From NCBI GenBank assembly GCA_035530515.1, contig DATKUO010000223.1, forward strand, positions 686-64,685: a DNA stretch of 64,000 nt, in the 5' to 3' direction. The notes under the pieces are model-generated. The model ran no database searches and was not told the DNA's origin. It saw only the letters and a list, made by a program, of their open reading frames with translations. The stretch comes from Bacteroidales bacterium (GTDB lineage Bacteria > Bacteroidota > Bacteroidia > Bacteroidales > VadinHA17). The translations under genes and the position numbers were made by a program. This document shows positions 26,775 to 37,229 of this stretch, piece after piece; within the stretch, counting starts at the first letter, position 1; every line of letters begins with the position of its first letter.

Positions 26775-28385
26775 TTATTGTCTTACAATAAGCCAGTTAT
26801 AATCTTCAGGATCGATTACAGCATTAATGATTACCGGTTCGTTAACTGAGAGTGCCTCAATTATTACTCTTCTCATACTTTCGGGTGAATCAGCCTTTAA
26901 TACTTTAACACCAAGAAATATATCAGCACCGAACAGATCACCCTGATATAGTATTGTTCCATATGGTGAAATGTTTTTCCATGACTGTTTAACTTTTATC
27001 AGGTTAAGCTCGCTATCTGAAAAAACCACAACAATAACAGGTAAATTGTATCTTCTGGCAGTTATCATCTCTCCTGCCATCATCAAGAAGCCACCATCTC
27101 CCGTAATACAAACAACAGTTGCTTCAGGATTATGCATCTGGGCTGCCATAGCAGCTGGGATGCCGAAACCCATACCTGACCAGCCGTTTGACATGATGAT
27201 CTTTCCTTTACCATGGGTTTGCCAGAATTGCCCTAAAAGATGAAGATGTGACCCGACATCAGCTGTGAGAATCACATCTTCAGGTAATTCATCCTGAAGG
27301 ATGCTCAGAGCAGCAACAGGTCCAAAATGATTTGTAAAACCATTAAATACGGATATCATTTCATTACGTATTCCCTTGATGATACCTCTCTCGAATATTA
27401 ATGAGCTTATATTCAGGTTTTTAAGAACACTGAACCATTCCTCAGGAGGTCCGGTATAGTTTAAAATGATACCTTCAGATGGCATATCCATTTCTGTGAT
27501 ATCAAAATGAATAAGAGGTACTTCCGGCATCCACGATTCGTAATTAAATTCTACAGGATCGTATCCTATACCAATAACCAGATCGGTCTTTTCAAATATG
27601 TTTTCAAGATAATCGCTTAGGGAATGGAACAACACTCCGGCATAGCATGGATGGTCTTCAGGGATCAATCCTTTAGCCATTGGCGTTATCACTACCGGCA
27701 TCCTGTAAATATCGAGGAATTCCAGAAGTTTATTTTTTAAATCAAGCCTGGCAGCAGTGAGCCCTATTGCCAATAATGGATGTCGTGATATTTTAAGCTG
27801 AGGAATTATTTCCCGGATGTCATTATTATAACGTTTGGGATCATTATTGATTTTAGCTTTTGGTGTAGGATCTATTTCAGTGTCGGCAATGTCAGAAGGT
27901 AGTCCAATATGCACGGGACCCTGTTTCGATTCCTGACAAATTTTGAGAGCTGATTCCATAACATCCACTACATTTTCCGCACTTATCCTGTATGTTGCTT
28001 TAGTTAATGGTTCAAAGAGCTTCTGATGGTTGATATTCATTTGAGTAGTGCGGTCGATCATTAAATCATCCATTTCACTAGTGAAAACTATAACAGGAGA
28101 TCTGTCAAGTAATGCTCCACCAACACCAGTAGCAATATTCGTTGCTCCCGGACCATAGGTAGCATGACAAATACCAGGTACCGATGTAAGTCTGGCTGAT
28201 ACATCTGCCATTATGCCTGCTGAAGCTTCGTTCGATGTTAGAATAAACTCTATGCCAACTGCCCTGAATGCTTCAAGGTATGGTATGGATGGTCCACCGG
28301 GTATACCGAATACATATTTTACACCGGCATTAAATAATTGGTTTGCAATATATTCCGCAATAGTCATGAATAACATATTGAACAA
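26775..28385 (-). CDS. Thiamine-diphosphate-dependent enzyme (acetolactate synthase large-subunit-like family)
   Basis: 536 aa. The ThDP motif is GDGGFLMMAGEMITARRYNLPVIVVVFSDSELN, and the N-terminal Pyr domain reads GIPGGPSIPYLEA. The true start is possibly the internal MTIAEY (28367). Confidence 0.85.
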   Translation of the reverse strand: MFNMLFMTIAEYIANQLFNAGVKYVFGIPGGPSIPYLEAFRAVGIEFILTSNEASAGIMADVSARLTSVPGICHATYGPGATNIATGVGGALLDRSPVIVFTSEMDDLMIDRTTQMNINHQKLFEPLTKATYRISAENVVDVMESALKICQESKQGPVHIGLPSDIADTEIDPTPKAKINNDPKRYNNDIREIIPQLKISRHPLLAIGLTAARLDLKNKLLEFLDIYRMPVVITPMAKGLIPEDHPCYAGVLFHSLSDYLENIFEKTDLVIGIGYDPVEFNYESWMPEVPLIHFDITEMDMPSEGIILNYTGPPEEWFSVLKNLNISSLIFERGIIKGIRNEMISVFNGFTNHFGPVAALSILQDELPEDVILTADVGSHLHLLGQFWQTHGKGKIIMSNGWSGMGFGIPAAMAAQMHNPEATVVCITGDGGFLMMAGEMITARRYNLPVIVVVFSDSELNLIKVKQSWKNISPYGTILYQGDLFGADIFLGVKVLKADSPESMRRVIIEALSVNEPVIINAVIDPEDYNWLIVRQ

Positions 28386-28473
28386 TAGACAAAACTATTA
28401 AATATTATGGAGTCATCATATTAAAATGAATTCAAATTCTTAAACATTTACCTTAATGATTTTTTTCTGATAT

Positions 28474-29397
28474 TTGCCAGCAAATAATTTTTCATTGAAC
28501 AGTAAGGGAAACACTATTTTCTGGGCAATTATTGCCTGTCTGTTATGGTCGACTGCTTATGCAGGAATCAAACTTGGATTAAAATATGATACCCCATTCC
28601 ATTTTGCCGGAGTGAGGTTTATCATTGCTGGAATTATGATCCTGCCTTTTACAGTCAAGCCCGCCTTGTATATTAAGATGATCAGAGAACACTGGAAGGT
28701 TTTTGCATTAGTAACACTACTTCAGACAGTGATCAATTATACCCTGTTCTATCAGGGAATGAGCCTTGTTCCGGGTGCATTGGGAGCAGTAATAGTTGGC
28801 TCCCAACCTCTTGTTACTGCAGTTGTTGCAGCGATAATGCAAAAAGACGATAGATTGACAAGGGGGAAAATTATTACAATAATATTTGGTATCTCTGGAG
28901 TAATCCTTATTAGTGCAGGAAGACAAGCTTTTAAATTAGGAACCTTAATAGAGCTTTTAGGTGTTTTTTTGATTCTAATTGCTAACATTGCCACGGCTAC
29001 AAGTAATGTTATTGTATCCCTCAGGAGCAAAGGGATTAATCCTTTAGTACTGAGTTCGGCATCTCTTCTTACGGGCGGGTCGCTTATTTATCTATTGTCA
29101 ATTTCGGTCGAAGGTCCTCCGGGTCCACGACCATTTGAGTACTGGATGATTTTGTTGTGGCTCAGCTTTATGGCAGCGTTTGCATTTTCATTATGGTTTA
29201 GATTGTTGCAACGACCTGGAGTAAAAGTCTCCGAGCTTAATTTATGGAAGTTCATTATCCCTGTTGTTGGTGCCATCTTAAGCTGGCTACTTGTACCTGA
29301 TGAAAAGCCTGAGTGGCTTACAGTTGCAGGTATGATAATAATAACTATTTCATTGGTAATGTTTTATAGAAGTACAAACGAAGTTCATTCATCATAA
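28474..29397 (+). CDS. EamA/DMT-family transporter
   Basis: 307 aa with about 10 hydrophobic helices arranged as two EamA-like halves. The track start is a TTG. Confidence 0.75.
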   Translation: MPANNFSLNSKGNTIFWAIIACLLWSTAYAGIKLGLKYDTPFHFAGVRFIIAGIMILPFTVKPALYIKMIREHWKVFALVTLLQTVINYTLFYQGMSLVPGALGAVIVGSQPLVTAVVAAIMQKDDRLTRGKIITIIFGISGVILISAGRQAFKLGTLIELLGVFLILIANIATATSNVIVSLRSKGINPLVLSSASLLTGGSLIYLLSISVEGPPGPRPFEYWMILLWLSFMAAFAFSLWFRLLQRPGVKVSELNLWKFIIPVVGAILSWLLVPDEKPEWLTVAGMIIITISLVMFYRSTNEVHSS

Positions 29398-29414
29398 TAA
29401 TTTAACTTGCAGAT

Positions 29415-31250
29415 ATGCAAAAAAGACTCAAAGCCCTAAGTTATTTCACAATATTCTGGCTGGTATTTTTCTTTATTGCCAGGCTATGCTTTATCCTGGC
29501 TCAATTCCATCAATCATTTCAGAATAGTTTTGCGGATCTATCAGCTACTTTTTGGAATGGAGCTAAACTAGATATCTCTACAACAGGATATTATTTACTT
29601 CTTCCTGTTTTATTGGCTATACCCGGAATGTGGTTTAATGGTAACTGGTATAAGGTTAGCATCAGATGGTATTCATATCTGTTAATTGTTTTTTCATCAA
29701 TAATTGTAGTTTCTGATGCTAATCTCTATTCCTACTGGGGGTTCAGAATGGACTTTACACCTATGTTATATCTTAAAACACCGGGAGAAGCAATGGCTTC
29801 CGTTAGTACATTTAAGATTATTATGTTTTTTATTACTATTGGTTTACTCTCCTCGTTCTTTATTTTCTTTTATAATAAACTTATTGACAGAATGTTCACT
29901 GGTTTCGAGAGAATACGTTACTGGCTTCCGGGGATCCTTTTTTTCATGATTCTATGGGGAGCGCTAATAATACCAATTAGAGGGGGATTTGGAGTGGCTC
30001 CTATTAATGCAGGATCGGTATATTTCAGTAAAAAAATGTTTCTGAACCATACTGCAGTAAATGCAATCTGGAATGTTGGTACTACTGCGTTCACGCAAAA
30101 ACCTGTAAAAAATCCATATGAATTCGGGGATATAATAGCTGCAACAGCTCTTGTTGATTCTCTGACCACTAAAACCGGAATTTCTGAGAAAGTCCTTAAC
30201 ACTACTCAACCTAATATTATTATTTTAGTTCTTGAGAGCTTTAGTGGTTACCTGATAGGCCCACTTGGGGGAGACTCATTAGTAACTCCTAATTTCAACA
30301 GGTATGTAAAAGAGGGAATTTTGTTCTCTGAATTTTATGCTTCAGGTACCCGTACCGATAAGGCAATGCCTGCGATTCTGAATGGTTACCCGGCACAACC
30401 TGCACAATCAATTATTAAAGAGCCAAAAAAGAGTCAGACCTTATCAAGTATTGTGAAAATACTGATTGAAAACGGTTACAATAGTTCATTCTGGTATGGA
30501 GGGGAGATTAATTTTGCCAATTTTAATTCTTTTGTGATTGGCTCAGGCTTTAACGAGATAATCACTAAGGACAATTTTGACCATGAAAATTATAACTCTA
30601 AATGGGGTGTTCATGATCATGTGTTTTTTGAAGCTCTGAAAGATTCTTTGGAAAAAATTAAGCAACCATTTCTAAATGTGTCACTTACGTTATCGAGCCA
30701 TGAGCCATTTGATGTCCCAATGGAGACTGTTTTTGCAGGAGATGATAACATGACGAAATATAAAAATTCTGTTTATTACACAGATAAGTCTCTTGGCTCT
30801 TTTCTAGACTGGGCTAAAGAGAAGGAATGGTGGAAGAATACTCTTGTAATCATGGTAGCTGATCATTGTGGTAGGGTATCTGCAGATATGGCTATTTATT
30901 CTCAAAACATGTTCAAGATACCTATGTTATGGGTAGGAGGGGCATTATCGAAGCATGGCATCAGAATTGACAAGCTGGGAAGCCAGGTCGATATCCCTGT
31001 AACTCTTTTAAATCAACTTGGACTTGCGGGAAGTTTCCCATTTGCGAAAGATTTATTGTCTGATAAATCAAAATCATTTGCATTTTACACCTATAATGAA
31101 GGGTTTGGATTTATTACCGACAGCTCTGCATATATATATGATCATAAGCTCGGGGAATCGGTAGCTATAGAGGGAAAAGGAGTTGAATCATCTGAGATAA
31201 AAGGGAAAGCTTATCTCCAGGTTTTGTTTAATGATTATTTGAAAAGGTGA
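29415..31250 (+). CDS. LtaS-like membrane-anchored sulfatase-family transferase (alkaline phosphatase superfamily)
   Basis: 611 aa. Five N-terminal TM helices are followed by an extracytoplasmic domain with ILVLESFSG, GTRTDKAMPAILNG and SSHEPF motifs. Confidence 0.8.
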   Translation: MQKRLKALSYFTIFWLVFFFIARLCFILAQFHQSFQNSFADLSATFWNGAKLDISTTGYYLLLPVLLAIPGMWFNGNWYKVSIRWYSYLLIVFSSIIVVSDANLYSYWGFRMDFTPMLYLKTPGEAMASVSTFKIIMFFITIGLLSSFFIFFYNKLIDRMFTGFERIRYWLPGILFFMILWGALIIPIRGGFGVAPINAGSVYFSKKMFLNHTAVNAIWNVGTTAFTQKPVKNPYEFGDIIAATALVDSLTTKTGISEKVLNTTQPNIIILVLESFSGYLIGPLGGDSLVTPNFNRYVKEGILFSEFYASGTRTDKAMPAILNGYPAQPAQSIIKEPKKSQTLSSIVKILIENGYNSSFWYGGEINFANFNSFVIGSGFNEIITKDNFDHENYNSKWGVHDHVFFEALKDSLEKIKQPFLNVSLTLSSHEPFDVPMETVFAGDDNMTKYKNSVYYTDKSLGSFLDWAKEKEWWKNTLVIMVADHCGRVSADMAIYSQNMFKIPMLWVGGALSKHGIRIDKLGSQVDIPVTLLNQLGLAGSFPFAKDLLSDKSKSFAFYTYNEGFGFITDSSAYIYDHKLGESVAIEGKGVESSEIKGKAYLQVLFNDYLKR

Positions 31251-31292
31251 ATATTTACCTGCTTGTTTTTTTGATACTACTGAATAAAAGCA

Positions 31293-32639
31293 TTGAAGAT
31301 TGATATGACAAAAAGACGCATCCCAAAAGCAGTTATAATGCTCGGAATTGTGAGCCTCTTCACAGATGCTGCATCAGAAATGATATACCCTCTTATTCCG
31401 GTATATATAGCAGCCCTTGGTTCTGGCGCAATTATTCTCGGGGTAATTGAAGGAGTAGCTGAAACAACTGCTTCAATGCTTAAACTGCTAAGCGGTATTT
31501 TATCAGATAAAATTGGCAAGAGGAAACTTCTTGTACTGATAGGATATTCAATTTCTTCTCTTGTAAGACCATTAACAGGTATAGTGACCTCAGCATGGGA
31601 GATCATTATAATACGAATGATTGATCGGGTTGGTAAAGGGATAAGAACGGCACCCAGGGATGCACTGATAGCATCATCGGTTGATGAAAGTATCAGAGGA
31701 AAATCTTATGGTTTTCACCGTGCAATGGATCATACTGGTGCGATAATAGGACCCGTTCTGGCGATTATTACACTTCTCATCCTTTTCCTGGGCTTTGAAA
31801 TGAAAGATACACTTCTGGCATTAAGATGGACTTTTGTCCTTGCAATAATACCGGGTATTCTAGCTGTGTTAACAATCGTTTTATTTGTTAAGGAGTCTGC
31901 TCCAAAAGCCGGGAATGGAAAACTATTTGGATTTTCTCTTAAAAACTTTGATAAAAACTTCAGAAACTACCTATTAATAATGATACTGTTCACTATTGGA
32001 AATTCGTCTGATGCCTTCCTTCTTTTCCGGGTACAGGAGGCAATTCATAATAGTGGTTCAGTAGTAGATATAGTAAGCCGGATATCACCTCTTCATGATA
32101 TGGTATCAAATTTTGGTGATGAGGCTGCTCAGTCACGGGTTATAAATATCCTTTTTTTACCATTAATATGGGCTTTCTTTCATCTTATTAAGGTTATCTT
32201 CTCAACTCCTTTAGGGACTCTGTCTGACAGGATAGGAAGGAAAATTGTAATTAATATCGGGTGGGCAATCTATGCCTTTGTTTACATCTCTTTTGCACTT
32301 ATTGTGTTCTTGTCATCCGATCTTCAGGTTATTGCAACATTCATTCTCTTTGGAATTTATGCGTTGTTCTATGCTTTCACTGAGGGTGCAGAAAAGGCAT
32401 TTGTAGCGGACCTCGTCAGCGATGAGAAAAGAGGAACAGCCTTTGGGTTGTTTAACTTTTCAATAGGACTGGGAGCATTACCTGCGAGTATTATTTTCGG
32501 ATTCCTTTACAGTTTTTTTGATGTTAAGATACCCGGGTTTGGAGGTACAATTGCCTTTGGATTTGGTGGTACTATTGCGATCATATCTATGATCCTATTG
32601 GCTATAAAAGTAAAAGAGCCTTTAAAAGGCTCTCATTAA
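31293..32639 (+). CDS. MFS transporter
   Basis: 448 aa with 12 or more hydrophobic segments. An MFS-type loop motif (DRVGKGIRTAPRD) and a second one (LSDRIGRK) are present. Confidence 0.8.
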   Translation: MKIDMTKRRIPKAVIMLGIVSLFTDAASEMIYPLIPVYIAALGSGAIILGVIEGVAETTASMLKLLSGILSDKIGKRKLLVLIGYSISSLVRPLTGIVTSAWEIIIIRMIDRVGKGIRTAPRDALIASSVDESIRGKSYGFHRAMDHTGAIIGPVLAIITLLILFLGFEMKDTLLALRWTFVLAIIPGILAVLTIVLFVKESAPKAGNGKLFGFSLKNFDKNFRNYLLIMILFTIGNSSDAFLLFRVQEAIHNSGSVVDIVSRISPLHDMVSNFGDEAAQSRVINILFLPLIWAFFHLIKVIFSTPLGTLSDRIGRKIVINIGWAIYAFVYISFALIVFLSSDLQVIATFILFGIYALFYAFTEGAEKAFVADLVSDEKRGTAFGLFNFSIGLGALPASIIFGFLYSFFDVKIPGFGGTIAFGFGGTIAIISMILLAIKVKEPLKGSH

Positions 32640-32753
32640 ACTATTATTACTCTGAGTAATCATAAGGACTTATGCAGATAACCCATCGGCCGCCAAATGC
32701 TTGTCGACGGCGCGGAACAGAGAAGGCACAGATAACCACAAAGTTAGTAGCTA

Positions 32754-34547
32754 TTAGCGGCTCTGTTTTTTCTTGTCTTTTCTGCCCCGTTTTTTATCCT
32801 TTTTGAAATCTCTGCTATAGTTTTCAGATCTGTCAGCTCTTCTTTTATCTGGTCTCCTGTCTGACCATTTAGCTGGTCTTCTACCTTCATTGTAGACTTG
32901 CTTCTGCTTATCAGTTTTCTCCTGGGCAATCTCTACTGCAACTCTACGCTCCATAAACTTCGCATTATTTAATGCTTCAATGAGGTAATCCGCAAAGCTA
33001 GCCTCAACTTCAAAAAAGGAAAATGACTTTAGAAGATCAATCTTCCCAATAGGCACTTTTTTGCCTTTGGTGTTTTGGTTAACAAGCTCGATAAGTTGCT
33101 CAGGATAAAAACCGTCAGTCTTTCCCAGATTTATAAACAATCTGGTATAATTGCCTGGATATTGCTCTCTGGAATCTCTTCTGCCGCCTGTCCGTCCAAA
33201 ACTGCTTTCTCTCTCAGAAACAGGAGAGATGAGATCTCCTCCCTCACGGTAATCGTTCAGGAATCTGTTAAATTCAAGAGATACCACTCTTTTAAGAATT
33301 TCTTCTCTGTCAAGCACAGCCAGTTTCTCTTCAATCTCGGGGAGGAATTTTTCAATTTCGCGGTGATCAGTAACAACATTCTCAAGCTTATTAACCCAGT
33401 TGAATAACTGTTTTCCACATATCTCTGTTCCCGTCGGAATTGGCAAAGATTTAAAAGGTTTCTTAACCTTTCTTTCTATCTGTTGAAGAATATGCCTTTC
33501 GCGAAGGTGTACAAGAGAAAGTGATATCCCTGCTTTTCCTGCTCTTCCTGTGCGTCCGCTTCTATGTGTATATACTTCGGTATCATCAGGTAAACTGAAA
33601 TTTATAACATGTGTCAGGTCATCAACATCCAGACCACGAGCTGCCACATCAGTAGCAATAAGTAACTGCAGGTTCCTTATCCTGAATTTCTGCATTACAG
33701 CATCGCGTTGTGCCTGTGAGAGATCGCCATGAAGGGCATCAGCGTTATAACCATCATTAATCAGCTTTGAGGCAATCTCCTGGGTCTCTTTTCGAGTACG
33801 GCAAAATACTATTCCATAAATATCAGGTTCAAAGTCAGCTATCCTTTTAAGAACCTTGTATTTATCTCTGGCATGAACAAGATAATAGCCATGACTTACA
33901 TTCTCTGCAGATGAATTTTTTGTGCCTATTGTTATTTCAACCGGATTTTCCATGTATTTCCTGGCAATAGACGCAATTTCTGATGACATAGTTGCTGAGA
34001 ACAAAAGAGTTCTTCTTTCTGCCGGAACTTCTTCAAGAATTTCATTTATACTGTCAAGAAAACCCATGTTTAGCATTTCGTCTGCTTCATCAAGGATCAC
34101 AGTAGTTACAGATGATAACTTTGCAGCTCTTCTTCCGATAAGGTCAATAAGTCTGCCGGGAGTAGCTACGATAATATGTACCCCATTTTTTAATCCCCTG
34201 ATTTGGTTATCAATGCTTGCGCCACCATAAACCGATTGGATTTTCAATTTTCCAGTATATTTAGCGTAATCAGTCAGATCTCCTGTGATCTGCATACATA
34301 GTTCTCGTGTCGGGCAGAGGATCAGAGCCTGAGTATTGTTTATCTCAGTGTCTGTGGCCTGAACCAATGGTAGTCCAAAAGCTGCTGTTTTTCCTGTTCC
34401 GGTTTGGGCCAGGGCAATAATATCATTCTCACTACCGAGCATAAGTGGAATTACTTTTTCCTGTACCGGCATGGGTTGGTCAAATCCAAGTTCCTGAATT
34501 GCTTTCAGGATACCGGGAGTAAATCCCATTTCTTCAAAATTTGTCAT
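32754..34547 (-). CDS. DEAD-box ATP-dependent RNA helicase (DeaD/CsdA-like, with DbpA-type C-terminal RNA-binding domain and basic tail)
   Basis: 597 aa. Motifs AQTGTGKT, DEAD, SAT and HRSGRTGRAG are present. The C-terminus is R/K-rich. Confidence 0.9.
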   Translation of the reverse strand: MTNFEEMGFTPGILKAIQELGFDQPMPVQEKVIPLMLGSENDIIALAQTGTGKTAAFGLPLVQATDTEINNTQALILCPTRELCMQITGDLTDYAKYTGKLKIQSVYGGASIDNQIRGLKNGVHIIVATPGRLIDLIGRRAAKLSSVTTVILDEADEMLNMGFLDSINEILEEVPAERRTLLFSATMSSEIASIARKYMENPVEITIGTKNSSAENVSHGYYLVHARDKYKVLKRIADFEPDIYGIVFCRTRKETQEIASKLINDGYNADALHGDLSQAQRDAVMQKFRIRNLQLLIATDVAARGLDVDDLTHVINFSLPDDTEVYTHRSGRTGRAGKAGISLSLVHLRERHILQQIERKVKKPFKSLPIPTGTEICGKQLFNWVNKLENVVTDHREIEKFLPEIEEKLAVLDREEILKRVVSLEFNRFLNDYREGGDLISPVSERESSFGRTGGRRDSREQYPGNYTRLFINLGKTDGFYPEQLIELVNQNTKGKKVPIGKIDLLKSFSFFEVEASFADYLIEALNNAKFMERRVAVEIAQEKTDKQKQVYNEGRRPAKWSDRRPDKRRADRSENYSRDFKKDKKRGRKDKKKQSR

Positions 34548-34713
34548 TAATATGTTTTATGATGTGGTTCCGGGAGCGATAGATTTTCTTGATCCCGGTC
34601 GAAATGAACTCAAATGCAGACGGGGTAAAATAGCTAACAACGCTTTTTGAAATCACTTTGTTAATTAGGCCGCAAAGTTAATCAAATTTTTCTAATTGCA
34701 ACATAATTATTAG

Positions 34714-34797
34714 GTTATAAAGTTGTAACGGTTGTATAGGTTGTAATGTTAAAAAGTTTTACTACAACTTCTACGACTTTAATGCCTTATAACAACA
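34714..34797. repeat. Two 9-bp degenerate arrays in partial inverted orientation
   Basis: GTTATAAAG TTGTAACGG TTGTATAGG TTGTAATGT (34714-34749) and CTACAACTT CTACGACTT TAATGCCTT ATAACAACA (34762-34797). The GTTGTA and TACAAC words are complementary. Confidence 0.8.
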
Positions 34798-34878
34798 TTT
34801 ACTATTCAGATAAAAATAGTGTTATATTTCCGTAATATTATACCGTTAAATAACAAGTAATTACATAAATTTGTAATT

Positions 34879-36186
34879 ATGGAAGCACGGCCGGTTAAGA
34901 TATATACAACAGAGGATGTTCCGCGTTTGCAGTATATAGCTGGGTTAGTCCTGGGGGATATACTTGGATTATCATGGGAGGTAATTACTGACAAGCGAAA
35001 GCTCGGCAAGTATACCATAATTAACTATTCCGAAGAGGATATCCCTGGTTCCTTTAAAATCAATCCCAATTCTCTTCTATTCGAAAAAGGGATACAACCA
35101 CAAGAAATACTTGTTGATGAATGGGAAGGGTTACCAATATTTTTTTCATCTTCACCAGATTCCGATATTCCTTTTGATGTGTTTGCTGCATCATTTTTTC
35201 TTGTAAGCCGGTATGAGGAATATCTCGAATTTCAGCCTGATCAATTTGGAAGATTCCAGGCTTCTTCTTCTGTTGCGTTTAAAAATGGATTTCTTGAAAT
35301 GCCTATTGTTGATCTTTGGGTAAAAGAGTTAGCACGAGCTCTGTTAAATAAGTTCCATTACCTTGCTTTCAAACGCAATCAGTATAGAGCTCTCTTAACA
35401 GTAGATATTGACCAGCCTTTTGCTTATTTGGGCAAGAGTCTGATACGATCTATTGGTGGATTGTTTCGGGATATTAAAAGCAATTCTGAGAGTATTAATG
35501 AGAGGTACAGGACTATAGCCAAGGGAGAAAAAGATCCTTACGAGACTTTTGATTATATAATTGAAAATATTGATAAGGAAAATGTTGATGTCAGGTTCTT
35601 TTTGCCTGTAGGGGACCATACTGAGTATGATAAAAATCCGTCATGGAGAAACGATAAATACAGAAAGCTTATACATAGAATTGCTGATAAATTTGAAACC
35701 GGTTTGCACCCTTCGTTTTTTGCAGCTATAAGCTCTGAAATGATTAGTGGTGAATCAGTTCGGCTAAGGACGATCTTAAAGAGGGAGATACTTTTAAGCA
35801 GGTTTCATTATATTAGATTATTTATACCCCAATCTTACAACGATATTATTAATGCTGGAATAATGGAGGATTATTCGATGGGTTATCCTGACGAACCTGG
35901 TTTCAGAGCAGGAATTGCCAGACCATTTTACTTCTATGATGTCTCTAAGGATCAACAAACCAGCTTAAAAATTATTCCTTTCCAGGTGATGGATGGAACA
36001 CTCTATAATTATAAAAATCTTGATTCTATTGCTTCCAGGGAGGTCATTATAAGGATGATAAATGAAATCAGAAAAGTCGGAGGTCTCTTTGTAAGTATCT
36101 GGCATAATACATCACTGCTTGATAATCAGGAATGGCAGGGATGGAGAGATCTTTTTGAATTTATGCTTAAAAACCAGAAGCCATGA
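34879..36186 (+). CDS. Conserved hypothetical protein, polysaccharide-deacetylase-like C-terminal region suspected
   Basis: 435 aa. TVDIDQPFAY, GLHPSF, SRFHYIRL, GFRAGIARPFYFYD and SIWHNTSL resemble the NodB-like/deacetylase-related families as I recall them. No search was run. Confidence 0.4.
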   Translation: MEARPVKIYTTEDVPRLQYIAGLVLGDILGLSWEVITDKRKLGKYTIINYSEEDIPGSFKINPNSLLFEKGIQPQEILVDEWEGLPIFFSSSPDSDIPFDVFAASFFLVSRYEEYLEFQPDQFGRFQASSSVAFKNGFLEMPIVDLWVKELARALLNKFHYLAFKRNQYRALLTVDIDQPFAYLGKSLIRSIGGLFRDIKSNSESINERYRTIAKGEKDPYETFDYIIENIDKENVDVRFFLPVGDHTEYDKNPSWRNDKYRKLIHRIADKFETGLHPSFFAAISSEMISGESVRLRTILKREILLSRFHYIRLFIPQSYNDIINAGIMEDYSMGYPDEPGFRAGIARPFYFYDVSKDQQTSLKIIPFQVMDGTLYNYKNLDSIASREVIIRMINEIRKVGGLFVSIWHNTSLLDNQEWQGWRDLFEFMLKNQKP

Positions 36187-37088
36187 TAGTTTACCACAAG
36201 AACAATGAGATTGATAGGGTGCAATGGGATAATTGTATAAAAAACTCTCCGGGTGTTAAACCATATGCATTTTCCTGGTACCTCGATATAATGGCTCCAG
36301 GGTGGGAAGCCCTGGTGGATGATGAATACGATTCGGTCTTTCCGGTTCCTGGTTTCAAACGTTATGGAATTCAATATATTACTACCCCTATATTTTTGCA
36401 GCAATTGGGAGCTTTCTCTCCTGATAAACCAGCATCATCTTCACTTATTGAATTTCTTAATTATATGCCTGATTTCTACCGCCTGATTGATTTATCTGTC
36501 GGACAGAAAATTTATTTAGATGGATATAAAGTAACTGAAAAAGCAAATTTCGAACTGGATCTTTCAGACACTTATGAAAATTTATTGGCAGGATTTACTC
36601 CTCATTGCAGGAGAAACATAGAAACATCAGCACGAAAGAGACCTGAACTTATTTCGGATGTTACTCCTGATGAGATTATTGATCTGTTCATCAGAAATAA
36701 GGGCAAAGAGGTAAAAGGAGTTAAAACACGTGATTATCAGCGGTTAAAAAATCTGATGAACTTCTGTCTGAAAAACAAGAAAGGTAGGATAATTGGTGTA
36801 CGGGGGACAAAAAAAAGGTTGATATTCGGGATCTTTATCGTTGAGACACATGGTAATAAAACTCTTCTTTTCGTAGTTAATACTCCACAAAGTCGCGACA
36901 GGCGAATAGGTTATTTTGTTGTTAATGAATTAATAAAAGATTATTCATCAACAAGAACTATAATTGATTTTGCAGGCTCATCAATACCCTCTATAGCTTC
37001 CTTTATGGAGTCGTTCGGGGCTGTAAGTAAACCCTATTACAGAATATACCGTAACAAGCTTTTCTGGCCAGTCAGAATGATGAAATAA
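36183..37088 (+). CDS. Hypothetical protein (possibly GNAT/FemAB-like acyltransferase fold)
   Basis: 301 aa. It is translationally coupled to the upstream gene by an ATGA overlap. The assignment rests on weak recollection of similar Bacteroidota proteins only. Confidence 0.3.
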   Translation: MIVYHKNNEIDRVQWDNCIKNSPGVKPYAFSWYLDIMAPGWEALVDDEYDSVFPVPGFKRYGIQYITTPIFLQQLGAFSPDKPASSSLIEFLNYMPDFYRLIDLSVGQKIYLDGYKVTEKANFELDLSDTYENLLAGFTPHCRRNIETSARKRPELISDVTPDEIIDLFIRNKGKEVKGVKTRDYQRLKNLMNFCLKNKKGRIIGVRGTKKRLIFGIFIVETHGNKTLLFVVNTPQSRDRRIGYFVVNELIKDYSSTRTIIDFAGSSIPSIASFMESFGAVSKPYYRIYRNKLFWPVRMMK

Positions 37089-37229
37089 GACTCACTTATA
37101 CATCCATTACAACATTTACAGACAAAATGCCCCTAAGTCAATGTACCTTAATTATTTAATTCACCACAAGAGCTTATTATGGAAATGACAAACCTTTTTG
37201 TTTACGGCATATCGCCCGGAGAATAGATT

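Noticed and set aside
26775-29397. The ThDP enzyme + EamA transporter interpreted as a sulfoacetaldehyde acetyltransferase (Xsc) and sulfonate exporter pair.
   Set aside because: Nothing in the sequence that I can read distinguishes Xsc from acetolactate-synthase-like paralogues. The two genes are divergent and no other sulfonate genes are present. I keep the calls generic.
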